A stretch of DNA of 20,000 bases from Microthyrium microscopicum. Lineage: Eukaryota. Of this stretch, positions 9,670-20,000 are shown in pieces. Position numbers and translations under genes: made by a program. The first letter of the stretch is position 1, and every line of letters starts with the position of its first letter. The stretch lies in contig MU004234.1 in the NCBI GenBank assembly GCA_010405405.1, forward strand, positions 811,570-831,569, written 5' to 3'. The notes below the pieces were generated by a model. That model was not told where the DNA came from. It did no database searches and saw only the letters and a list, made by a program, of their open reading frames with translations.

Positions 9670-10607
9670 CCGTATGATTATATTTTCTGCACCAACTGAA
9701 TAGAAGAATGACTTGTCGAGCCACTAATAAATAGTGGCTTCGCACCGTGCCGCTCGCTCCCGCCACTTGAAAGACACTAGCCCGATGTCTGTGACCAATC
9801 GAAACCAGGAGCAAAACCGGCTCCCTGCGTGTTTTCCCTTCGACGCATTTTCGTGCTTCCAACGGTGTACCCATTTAGTATAGGTGCATCCTGAGGTGGA
9901 TCCTACCTACAGTGTAAGTCGTCAAAGGCCCCTAGGTGTCAAAACATCAACCTGGCCAACACTACCAACCTCATTTCTCAGTCCTACTGAATACTGACAC
10001 TGGCAAACTGCAAACACCAACAGATTCCAACACTACTACTCAAACTACCGAGATCGTTCATCTTCCTATGGAACACGATTTGAACGATGATCATAGCCAG
10101 GTCATGAAGTGGTACTTCGAGCGTATGGGTGCTGGAGGAGGTTTTCGTCTTCCATGGTGGCGCTTCTATACATAACAAAGGAGATGGCGGGGATAGCAAT
10201 TGGCGATATTCTGGCAACGTAAAAGCTGCGAATGAGAGCTTTGCTCAGTTCGGATCTATTGCATGTTCAAGTTTCGCTTTGATTAAGAATACAGTAATGG
10301 CTTCATAGAGTATCGCAGCCCAGACTGTTGATGTTAAGGATGGGGTCTGCTCTGTAGAATACACCCACACACCCGGACACCCCCTGGCATATGTTCGAAG
10401 GTTGTTACGGGCCAATCACAAGAAGAATAGTTGCTTCGATTAGCAATCCCTACTAATGCAGTATTCTAGATGACGATTAGACTATATCCCATTGAAAACT
10501 AAGATTCCATTTCTCCATAATCGTCCAGTCACTTGCACGCGAGCACATCGAGCCTTACAGCCTTTTGTGGATTACGACTTGCATACTTCCACATGGCTAC
10601 CTAGGTA

Positions 10608-10823
10608 CACAACGGCATGGCAAAATTAATGGCGTACTCCCATCAAGTTTGATGGCGCGCAGACGCTACGGTCTGTCATCGAGTGCTTTATTTGCTATAA
10701 AGGGCGTTCGGATTGGGAATATTTATCAGATAGGATGGGAATTCAAGCACCTTTTGGCTAGCAGCGCTAGCGGTAGCCATTAGAGTTGATGGGATTACGC
10801 CATTTATTTCGCCATGCCGTTGG
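10608..10823. mobile_element. Fold-back element with ~50-bp terminal inverted repeats; probable Tc1/mariner-type MITE (alternatively a hairpin RNA locus)
   Basis: 10605-10656 versus the reverse complement of 10776-10826 matches at 45/52 positions. TA dinucleotides flank the element at 10606-10607 and 10824-10825. No credible ORF. Confidence 0.6.
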
Positions 10824-11586
10824 TACATTACCGATGACCATTGAGCAGACTTCCAAAGTTCTGATATACCCTCTATTGCTTATGACACAACTCCCAACCC
10901 CTTATCTTTTCTTCAGTTTATCGCTCCTAGACCATCATAAATATCATGAATAGCGAGTAAGAGGGCTGATAGAAAACCAAGACGACAAGAATAAGTATCT
11001 ATAGTTAGATCAAATTGATGACTTGTGCACCGCACCTAACGATATTATATTACCATTTTATCGGAAGATGCCGCCGATGATGCGTCTATTCCTAGATTCT
11101 GTATTGAAGTGCGAAACTGCTACTCATCAATTTTCAAATTAGTTTTGCTATGCGATCCTTTTGATTATATTTTCTATTCCAAAAAGCAGTCTTCAAGATT
11201 ATATGTCCGCGATTCGAATCAAAATATGATAACGACAAGGCTAAATGCTCAATATAGAAATAAGCGGGTTGATAGAGCGCTTGGCAATTGCCCTATAAGG
11301 TTCTTGTATTTGGTCATTGCTTAATATACACAGATGCAATGACTTCATTTACACCGTGATAAAATAGGTAGATATCCGGACTTGAATTGTATCTCCGTAC
11401 TATCTCTGAGACAGCACAGTCTATCGCTACACCAAGATCGTACCTTGATAATTGGTTTCGTCACTATTTCCGGAAAGTGTCTATAAAGACTTTGATGAGC
11501 AATCGCGCCGATTGTCAAATAATTGATTCTTCGATTTCCATCACTCGCTAAATCAGCCATATTAACCGATTTGGATTTGCGTCATT

Positions 11587-13140
11587 ATGACTTTCTCATC
11601 GCAAGCAACTGCGACAATTTTGGTTGCGCTTGCTCTGTTCAGCGGATCTCAAGCCCAGACTTGCGCCGGCGTTGGCAACGGCACAGCTGTAACTGCTGCA
11701 AAAGGATTTTCTGCGTATCTTCTAGCCAAAGGACTCACATCGCCACGAGGGCTTGTCTTCGATCCTGAGGGTCATCTGCTCGTTTCCCAAAGAGTCACCG
11801 AAGGCAATTCCAAAGATAATGGTATCTTCGCTTTGAAGCTGAAGGATGAGGGTGGCTGCGTCACTGTAGTATCCAAGGAGCTCATCGCGGCGCATCCACA
11901 AGGAGCTGTAAGCAATTTCGGATGCGGTGGATAAGTTTTGAGATGCTAATGAACAATTCGTCAGCCCAAAGACGAGCCTCTTAACCATGGCTTGACACTA
12001 TCTCCAGATGGAAAGACGCTATATGCGTCTAGTATGACGCATGTTTATGCATGGCCATATGATGCTAAGTCGATGAAGACAACCGGCGAAGCCAAATCCA
12101 TCATCACTGGATTTGGTGCGAGAGGAGGCCATTCTACTCGCACACTTTTGGCTCTAAAGAAAACCCCTGGAACCATTTTGGTTAGTCGAGGCTCCGTGGG
12201 GAATCTGGACCCGGAAGCTCGAAACGTCAACTCCGGCGATAGTCAAATCCGGGCATTTGATGTGTCGGATCCTTTCAAAGAGCATAAGTATACCGACGGT
12301 TATTTGGTCGGCTGGGGGCTACGCAACAGTGTTGGCTTAGGCGAGCACCCAGTAGATGGTGGAATCTGGAGCAACGAAAATGGAAATGATAACATGAATA
12401 GAACTGGTCAGGGTATTCACAACGATTCTCCAGGCGAGGAAATTAACTACCACGGTACGATGAAAAACAAGGAACGCCATGGAAAGAACTTTGGCTATCC
12501 AGACTGCGTTGCTGCATGGAACATCCAAGGAATCCCAAACAATGAAGGCCTTTCAATCGGAAAGCAGTTTACTCACGATTACTCGGTATCCAATGGCGTT
12601 ACAGATGGGAAGTGTCAAAAGGATTATATCCCACCAGCAATCACTCTTCCAGCACATTGGGCTCCTATAGATATCGCATTTAACACAAATGGAACTGTAG
12701 CTTATATGACAAGCAAGGGCAGCTGGTTCGTTGACTTCTTTACGCTCAACATGAACATCAAACTAATTATCAACAGGAACCGTAATCCTCCCGATGGTTT
12801 CAAGCTCTTTGCAATCACTTTCAAAAACGGCAAGCCAATTCACTCAAGCTCAAGCAAAGATGCAGTGATTCCAATCTTGTCTTCTACACACCTTCCCAAG
12901 GGTCCAGTCGCAGGCAATCCTTCGAAAATGAACAGTGCAGACTGCCCCGATTGCATTCGACCCACTGGAGTCACATTTGATTCCAAGGGCCGATTGTTTG
13001 TTGCAAGCTCTGGAGCCACTCGAGGTGAAATCTTCATTGTTGTACGAAATGATGGGAAATCAGTAGATTCATCGACAGCTGAAGAGTTGGAGACACTGGA
13101 AAAGTCGACGTCTGTACCGGCTATGGGCATGCATATGTAA
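11587..13140 (+). CDS. Secreted PQQ-dependent sugar dehydrogenase (CAZy AA12; soluble quinoprotein glucose/sorbosone dehydrogenase beta-propeller), ~481 aa; exons 11587-11907, 11965-12725, 12777-13140
   Basis: Signal peptide MTFSSQATATILVALALFSGSQA. Motifs GLTSPRGLVFD, LNHGLTLSPDGKTLYASS, GHSTRTL, GWGLRNSVG, PGEEINYHG, NFGYPDC, AHWAP, GSW|NR and CIRPTG. Introns 11908-11964 (GTAAGC..GCTAAT..CAG) and 12726-12776 (GTTCGT..ACTAAT..CAG). Confidence 0.92.
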
Positions 13141-13803
13141 GGACAGACAGCTACATGACAAAATAACTGGCGTTCTCCCATTAGCGTCGATGGCTCCTAC
13201 GAACGCTGTCAATCAAAAGATGTTATATTTCCCATCGCATTCAATAAATTGCCCAAGTCTGAACGCACTTAGTAGTTGATAAAGCACTTAATAACAGCTC
13301 GTCTTATATAGGAGCCATCGTACTCGCTGGGAGCGCGCCATTTGTTTTGTCATCCCCTTGGACAGAGTAGCTCATAGCAAGAGAACCCGAGATAGGAATA
13401 ACTCTTCTGCTTCTATACAATACTTGATTTTACCTTGCTCGCCCTTATCAGCAGGGATAACGTTACCGAATGCTCCTCTAGCCTCGAGGTTTTCCCTTCT
13501 CCAGTAATTTCCTCAACGAAGCACTACTTCCAAAGAAGGAGCTACAGGTCACTTACGCTTCCTAAGGTACAGATCTATTGCATAAAGAAGGTTGCTCTCG
13601 TGAACAGGATAGATTCGAGATCTTGGCTTGGGTCAATGAGAACCATGACATACAGTCAAACTTTTCCCCTAGAAAATGAGAGGGAGGTTGGGCGCTGTAC
13701 AACTTAACAATTGGTGCCCTATGACAGTGGTTCTGGTCCTTTGCTAGATAGGAAGGCGTTTTCTGTCCAAAAGTAGCACTTATACACTAGAGTCTAGCCT
13801 AGA

Positions 13804-13836
13804 TACCTACCTTAGGTACTTACCTGCCTTAGGTAC
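13804..13836. repeat. 16-bp tandem duplication at the isochore boundary
   Basis: TACCTACCTTAGGTAC (13804-13819) and TACCTGCCTTAGGTAC (13821-13836), with one TG/TA difference. Confidence 0.7.
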
Positions 13837-14081
13837 CATAGCGCGCGACGGGGGGTAGAGGACATAATATCTACAATCTCTCTATAGTATTCTTTCCAGC
13901 CAGTACCTAGTATATACTTAATCAAAAAATACTATCATAGGAGACATAGTTTTATTTATAAAAAAGTATGTCTATAATAAATCATGTCCTAGTATTCTAT
14001 ATAGGCAAAAAAAATATGTATAAGAAGATTAGTTAATAAATAAAGAAGGCGCAAATTTATAAGGTTCTAAGAAAGGAAAAC

Positions 14082-14141
14082 ACGAAAATACGAAAATACG
14101 AAAATATAATGACACTATAAAAATACGGAATTACGAAAATT
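14082..14141 (+). repeat. Short tandem repeat (ACGAAAAT)x3 plus degenerate copies
   Basis: Three exact copies at 14082-14105, plus ACGGAATT and ACGAAAAT near 14125-14140. Confidence 0.75.
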
Positions 14142-15304
14142 ATAAGATATAACGAGTTGGGTTAGGCTACGTAATCTAAATAATAAATATCTTTACTAAA
14201 ATATTAGGCTAAGATTACTAATACTAAAATAGATACTAGTATCTTTATAAATATATACCCCTTTATATCTTATCCTTTAGCTACCCTTTCTAAAATTCTT
14301 TTTACTTTTTCTTTATCTCTTATCGTAATCCTTCTAAACTTATTAAAGTATATAAGCAGTATATAATGTCGTAAAGTAGATATAATAGCTTCTTTATGTC
14401 TTATTTTAGACATTGTAGCTATACTCTAGCTAAAGTAGAACATTGTAAGATTTACTAACACTACTTTAGCATTATTACCTCTTCCCTCCCCCTCCGCCCT
14501 ATAGTATTTAAGTTAGATACTCTGTAGTTACTATAAGGTTTATTCTAATATTAGTCCGTCGTTCTAGAACTTAGTACCTCTTACTTGCAATCTATAGATG
14601 CTTTTTTATTTATTTTTCGTAGTGCTTGCATGTCTAATAATATATAAGGCGTATAGGTAAACTTGTATTATAAGAATATAAGAAATAAAGCGTAGTTGAT
14701 TACTATGAGAGTCTAAAGGCTTAATATAGTTTTTAGGATATACTAATTAGGAGATTATATTATCTTTAATTAGGTTCTATAATTATCTAATTTCTTAATA
14801 TATTCTTTATTATAATATTCTTCTTTACTAGTATAAACTCTTTTAAAATTATAAATCCTATAACTATAACTTTAATAAATAAGTAAAATAAAAAGAATAT
14901 TATAATAACTAATAAAGAACCTTTACTTAGGAACTAGGTTTATTACTTTAGCTATACTAGATAGTAATCTTAAAAATATTATTCTCTAAGAACTTTTCTT
15001 AAGATCTTAGTTAACCTATTATAAATAGTATTTAAGTATTTATAGCTCTTTAATCCTTTTAGAAAGATTTATCTATATAGGAGCTATTAGTAGTAATATA
15101 TTAAGAAATTATAAGAAGTTTATATAAGTATACTAAGGTTACTTAATTTAGTAAAGAATATATATAATCTACGTATTAAGGCTTTAAAAAGTAAAGTTTA
15201 TAAAAAGTAATATATAAGTAGTAATAAAAAACTAGGTAGTAATTACTAGTTTAAGTAAATATAAGAATAAGAGCTTAATTTTATATTTATAAAGCTTTAT
15301 AATT

Positions 15305-16735
15305 TATTATCTTTTCTTTTTCTTTTTTATTATACTTTTATAATACTTTTAAGCTATTATGAATCTTATTTATTATCTTTTAGCTACGCTAATGGGCTAT
15401 GTAGACGCTACTCTTACTTTTAGAAAAACCCCTATAGGGAAACCTATAATATTCCTTTAGTTACCTTCTAGTAGCCTTATTCTATTATTGTTGTGATACC
15501 CTCTTAGTCTATTGCTTCTAAATAGAAGGACTTATATTATCTCTCTATAAACTATAAGCCTACTAAAGGAATTTTAGTTAGTAGGTTAATATAGTGGGTA
15601 ACTAGTAGTTGCTAATCGCTAAAGGCCCTATGTAGCTTAAGTATGCTATACGTTATATAGATTCTATGCTACGCGTTAGGATCTTAATCCTTAATACTAT
15701 CCCTATTACTAGTTTCCCTTTTAGGACTTATTTATTACTTAATTACTTAAGGCTATAGCGTCCCTTAAAATAAGTTAGATCTAGCTTCTTAGCGCCTATT
15801 TCTATTTAGTGTTGCCTTATTATTAAGTTTTACTATTATAGTTTGACGAGTTCTTATTAATCTTTCCCTTCTTAAGAGCTTATAGCTATTATCCTCGTAT
15901 AGTTAATTTTCTATGTAATTTTATAATAGGCGTATATAATGTATATTTCTAAGTTTTTATAATTAATTTCTGCCCTTAATAGGCTTTAGTATTATTATAA
16001 CCCTTAGCTATATTAAGCCCTCTCTTTTAATACTTATTAAGCGAGGTATCTATAATACCCCTTAGCTAAGTTTTCCCTATTAATTTATACTCTTTAATAC
16101 TATATAATAGGCTACTAAATAGCTACCTCTAAGTTTCTAGTAGTCTATATAGTCTACCTTTAGAGTATAAAGCATTTTAAATCTGCGTAGTTTTAGTTAC
16201 TTCTTTTTTTCTAAGTTTCTATTATATCTTCTACTCTTCTTAATTCCTCTTTTAAGGGTAAGTCTTTTATAAGCTCTCTTTCCTTCTCTTCTTTACGCCT
16301 TTAGGTACTTAGTAAACGTCCTACGCCTATAGGTACCTTTCTTCTATTATCTTTAAAGAAGGCAAAAACTATTCTATCTATAGACGTTAAAAATATTACT
16401 TTATTCTTAGATATAAAATTAGCTAGTTTTATCTTAGCTCCTATTATAAGTCTTTTAGTATCCTTTTGTATATAGTATTAACTATTATAATATAGACTAT
16501 ATGCGCCTTTAGCGTAAGAATCTATTTATACTATTTTTAAGCGTTATACTATTATATAAAGTTACTTAATAGTAAGCACCTAGTTAATCTTAGCGCGCTT
16601 GCTATAATAATTACTTATATCTATAGTTAGGCTAGCCTTAGCTAGCGTCCTTACTCTTATTATAAAGAGTAACGTTCTAAGTATAAGGCTATAAGTGTTT
16701 CCTTATTCTTAATCTTTTGCCTTTTCTAATATTAT
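15305..16735 (-). pseudogene. RIP-destroyed coding-like relic of unknown identity
   Basis: The purine-rich minus strand reads as protein-like (e.g. RRKEEKERELIKDLPLKEELRRVEDIIET; IIGFPIGVFLKVRVAST). Stops read in this frame are TAA/TAG, and one apparent frameshift falls at an A7 run near 16204-16210. No family motif recognised; boundaries approximate. Confidence 0.4.
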
Positions 16736-17054
16736 AGTAAGATGCTAGTAAAGTTAAAGGAGTAGAGTAAGTGCTTTTAACGCACCTTTAATAAGATAAT
16801 AGCTAACCTAGTTAACCCTTATTAAGGTATTAAGGAGTATATATTATTAGGTATAAATAAAAAGGCTACTAAATAAGTAAAGGTTATAGAGAGTTTAGTA
16901 AGTAAGTTTACTAGCCGTAGGGCCTAGTTTACTTCTATTATAGCCTTACTAGCGTAGTGAAAGAAGAAGAAGCTAAAGGTTAATATAGCTATATTAGCTA
17001 CTAATTTAGCTTATCTATAAGCTATCTTACTAGAGCTTTACGCTTAAAGTGTAA

Positions 17055-20000
17055 AGATAGATTTATTAATAGAGATATCTTAGTTATTAGGTAGGGTAGT
17101 AGCGTTATTTAATAAAAAGTAGTAAATAAATATAGAATAAAATTAATTACGTTCTTAGACTTAGTTATTTCCTTTATAATTATATATTACTAGTCTATTA
17201 GTACTATAGTATTATAATTAGTTATTTATAGAATCCTTAAGTCTTAATAGTTCTTTATGCGCCTTAAGGTCTATTTTTATAATCTTTTTAATTAGCCTAA
17301 ATTACTAAAGAGTTCTACTCTTTAGTAGCTATTTAGCTACTACCTAGGTATTTCTTAGATTAGAGAGTATATAGGCCTTATTTAGTATTATTACTTATTC
17401 TAGTAATCTTTCTCTATAATATTATAAGTAGTTTAGTAGTATATAGTAAACTATTTATTACTAGTAACTATATAGGTACTATAATAGGAAGATTATTAGT
17501 ACTTATACGCTATATAGCTAGTTATTAAATTTAATAACTTTTAATTATATAAGGAAGAGCGCTATTACTTATGCTTTGTTAAGACTATTATAAAGCTTAA
17601 TTAGTTAGTTGCTTTATAACGTTTTCTATGTTATAGTAGTATATCGCTACGTCCTTATAAGCTATACTTAAGTATTTATTTAGAGCTTATAATAATATAC
17701 CCTAATTAGAGACATCTCTAGTTCTAGTTTAGTTTTTACTTCCTTCTTCTTCTATAGCGTATTATCTATTAGTTACGTTGCTTGTCTATAATTAGTATCC
17801 TACTTTTGCTTTATTTCTAATCTCTTCTTTTATTACTTTAGCGTATTAATTCCCTAAGCTATGATCTTAGTTACGTGTATCTATACTAGTTTAAGTATTA
17901 TTAGGCTTCTTAGTTATTACTACTAGGAAGGTGTCCTCTAGTTCCTTAGGAGGTTCGCCTAGTATACTTTAATAATAATTTTGCTTATCTTTTATATTAC
18001 TATTAAGTCTTTATTCTTATTAGTATATTCCTTTGCTAAGACTGTAGCGTTTATTTAAAGTAGTTTAATTCCTATTTCCTTATTTAATAAAGTAATAGAA
18101 GTTTTTTAGTATCCTTTTATTATCTTATAGAGTATATTATTCTAAACTACTATTAGTAGTTTATAATAATCTTCTAGCGCCTTAAGGGATAGTAATCCTA
18201 GACTCTATACTTATACTCTATATATAAGGGTTAGCCTAACAACTACTATATAAAGAAGCTTTATCTTTCTAAAGACTAGTCTCTATCCTAACTATACTAT
18301 TCTTAAAAGTACTACTACTTACTTAAATCCTTTAGTTCTAGTCTTTTTAATATAGTCTTTCTAGTTTATTTTTCTATCTACTTATATACTTAGTATCCTA
18401 ATACTCTCTAATATAAGCTTAGCAAATATACTATCTACTATTACTATAGATTATAAGTTTACTTCTAAGTAGTAAATATTCTAAATAAAGTATATTACTT
18501 AGTACTTATTAGGGGCAAACTTTACGCTATATTTAGTTACTTAGTTAGCGCACTTTTAGTAGGCCTCTTCTAGTCTTATATAGTTCTCTTAAGTAATATT
18601 ACCCTATATAACTAATATAGTGTTATCTATAAACCTAAATCTAAAGACGTTATTACTTACGTTCTAGAAGTATTCTAGTAGTTCTAATATAAAGAAGAGG
18701 AAGAAGATAGGTAAGAGGGGGGATTCCTAAGGGATCCCTATATTAATTATTATTATTAGGCTTTAGTACTTAGCAAATATAATTTAGGTTGTATAATTAG
18801 TAGTAAAGCTTACTACTATGTTAATTAGCTACTAGGGGACTCCCTTTATCTCTAGGATATAAAGGAGTCTTCTTAGATTAACGTTATTATACGCCTCTTA
18901 AAAGTTAAGGCTAAGTGCTAATACTATAGCTCTTACGTTTCCCTTTTATACTACCTTAATAGCACTCTTTAGGAGCTATATTACTATTAGCATTAACTAC
19001 CCTACTCTAGCTTTTATCTAGTTCTAGGATAGTAAGTTGTTATCTTCTATAAGTTGGGTAAGTTTATTAGTAATAATCTTTTTAACTAGCTTTACTATAG
19101 TATTCTTAAGGGTAATTAGCTAGTAGGCTAATAGTAGTAAGTAGTCTTTTTTATCTAGCTTTTTTAGTACTAGCGTATAGAATTGCTTTAGGTATTCTAG
19201 GATTATGCTGCTTATTAGTATTCTGCTAATTATAGGTGCTAGTCTTTTACTAAATTCTATTAGTTTTAGATTATTATCCTCTTTTTTAGGCTACGCCTTA
19301 AGCTTAAGAGCCTTTAGGACCTTATTTAGTATATTAATAGGTTTTATCGCCTTACGATTTAGGAAGCTATTAATTACGTAATCTATCTCTTCTGCTATTA
19401 CCTTATAGTCTATCTCTAGTTCTAAGGGTAGGATGGCGTCCTCTATGTCGCTTAGGTTTATTGCCTTAGTTTAAAAAAAGAACTTTATAGATAGTATATT
19501 TACCTTACCTTAGTTATTATAGGTATAATTATTACTAGTTATCTATCTAAGTGCTAATAGGTGTAGGTCTTCCTTTAGTTTACTAGCTTTAGCTCTTATT
19601 TATTTGCTTATTCTTTATAAGCCTTAGTTCTTATAGCGCTTATAATCCTCTATAATCTCTTTTATAAAAGTTTACTAGGATACTACTTTATTTTAACGTA
19701 GAGATTTCCTTAGCTAAGCCGTAATTAATTTATATATATACTTATCCTAGTCGTTCCTTATTTAGAGATATCTTCTCTTTATGTAGCGCTTCTTCTATAT
19801 TAGTAAAGTAGTTATAGGCAACTACCTATATAAAGCTTACTTTAAGGGTTTTACTTTTAGGTAGTGAATCTCTAGTACTTCTATTATTACTTTATGTAGA
19901 GCCTTTATTAGTATATTTTTAGTATCCTATAAGCTATTATTTATATATTTAATAAATTATTCTATATCTAGTTTTTATATATTATACTATACTTTTAGTA
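17055..20000 (-). mobile_element. RIP-inactivated non-LTR retrotransposon (LINE, Tad1-like) ORF2 3' part: linker, reverse transcriptase, CCHC zinc knuckle, 3' UTR; 5' part beyond window
   Basis: Minus-strand relic motifs occur in correct order: KAIKPINILNKVLK (KAxGPxxIPNEVLK, ~19320-19355); LKKLDKKDY and AY*LITLKNTIVKLVK (YRPITL, ~19081-19165); LNF*EAYNNV (LDxxGAYDNV, ~18882-18911); GIP*ESPLLPIFFLFF (GIPQGSPLSP, ~18691-18738); GFVDD relic FIDN (18622-18633); KFAPNKY (~18503-18523); RILSI*VD (~18377-18400); C-P-C-G..H..C relic (17428-17478). The 3' end near AATAAATCTATCT is approximate. Confidence 0.9.

Larger units (their letters stand above)
13790..20000. repeat. AT-rich, RIP-mutated repeat block (AT isochore), continues past window end
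   Basis: GC drops sharply, TpA is in large excess and CpA/TpG are nearly absent (e.g. none in 18301-18360). The track has no ORF after 13707. The left boundary is approximate. Confidence 0.93.

Noticed and set aside
8789..9874. Track ORFs 8789-9010 and 9599-9874 sharing IVLGAAIEDLMVIVLVKICLRN
   Set aside because: The shared peptide is simply the antisense translation of the two LTR copies.
9785..10217. Small ORFs (9936-10175 +, 9984-10217 -) and a possible intron from GTAAGT at 9914
   Set aside because: No consistent ATG-to-stop spliced model and no recognisable domain; cannot be supported without RNA data.
374..13707. Remaining short track ORFs (e.g. 374-655, 1900-2334, 2805-2987, 3041-3223, 6621-6941, 10565-10783, 12840-13181, 13435-13707)
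   Set aside because: These are antisense or alternate-frame shadows of real genes, or short non-ATG intergenic ORFs with no motif.
14082..14175. ACGAAAAT repeats as a CRISPR-like or telomeric array; TACGTAATC near 14168 as a Fot1/Pot2-type TIR
   Set aside because: No spacers and not a TTAGGG array; no matching partner TIR identified in the window.
13790..20000. AT-rich block as organellar insertion, contamination or alternative genetic code
   Set aside because: CpA/TpG depletion and ordered LINE motifs with TAA/TAG at Gln/Trp/Arg positions are explained by RIP.

Overview
Filamentous ascomycete (Pezizomycotina-type) genomic DNA with two compartments. Positions 1-~13,780 are GC-balanced and gene-rich, with six intron-aware gene models: an F-box/LRR-like protein running off the left edge, an SGNH/GDSL hydrolase, an MFS transporter, a GNAT acetyltransferase, a 4-exon uncharacterised protein with an N-myristoylation-like start, and a secreted AA12 PQQ-dependent oxidoreductase. 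From ~13,790 to the end lies an AT-rich block mutated by RIP (repeat-induced point mutation), holding the 3' part of a Tad1-like LINE and an unidentified RIP-destroyed ORF. The most notable item, invisible in the ORF track, is a complete 850-bp non-coding LTR element at 8820-9669. It has 145-bp LTRs, a 4-bp CCGT target duplication and a tRNA-Pro-like primer site; all 7 LTR differences are RIP-type, and its internal region appears to fold back on itself (TRIM/retrozyme-like architecture, no ribozyme recognised). A 216-bp TA-flanked fold-back element (MITE or hairpin RNA) at 10608-10823 and a long, structured intron in the F-box gene also stand out. All calls are from manual reading; no database search or folding computation was run.
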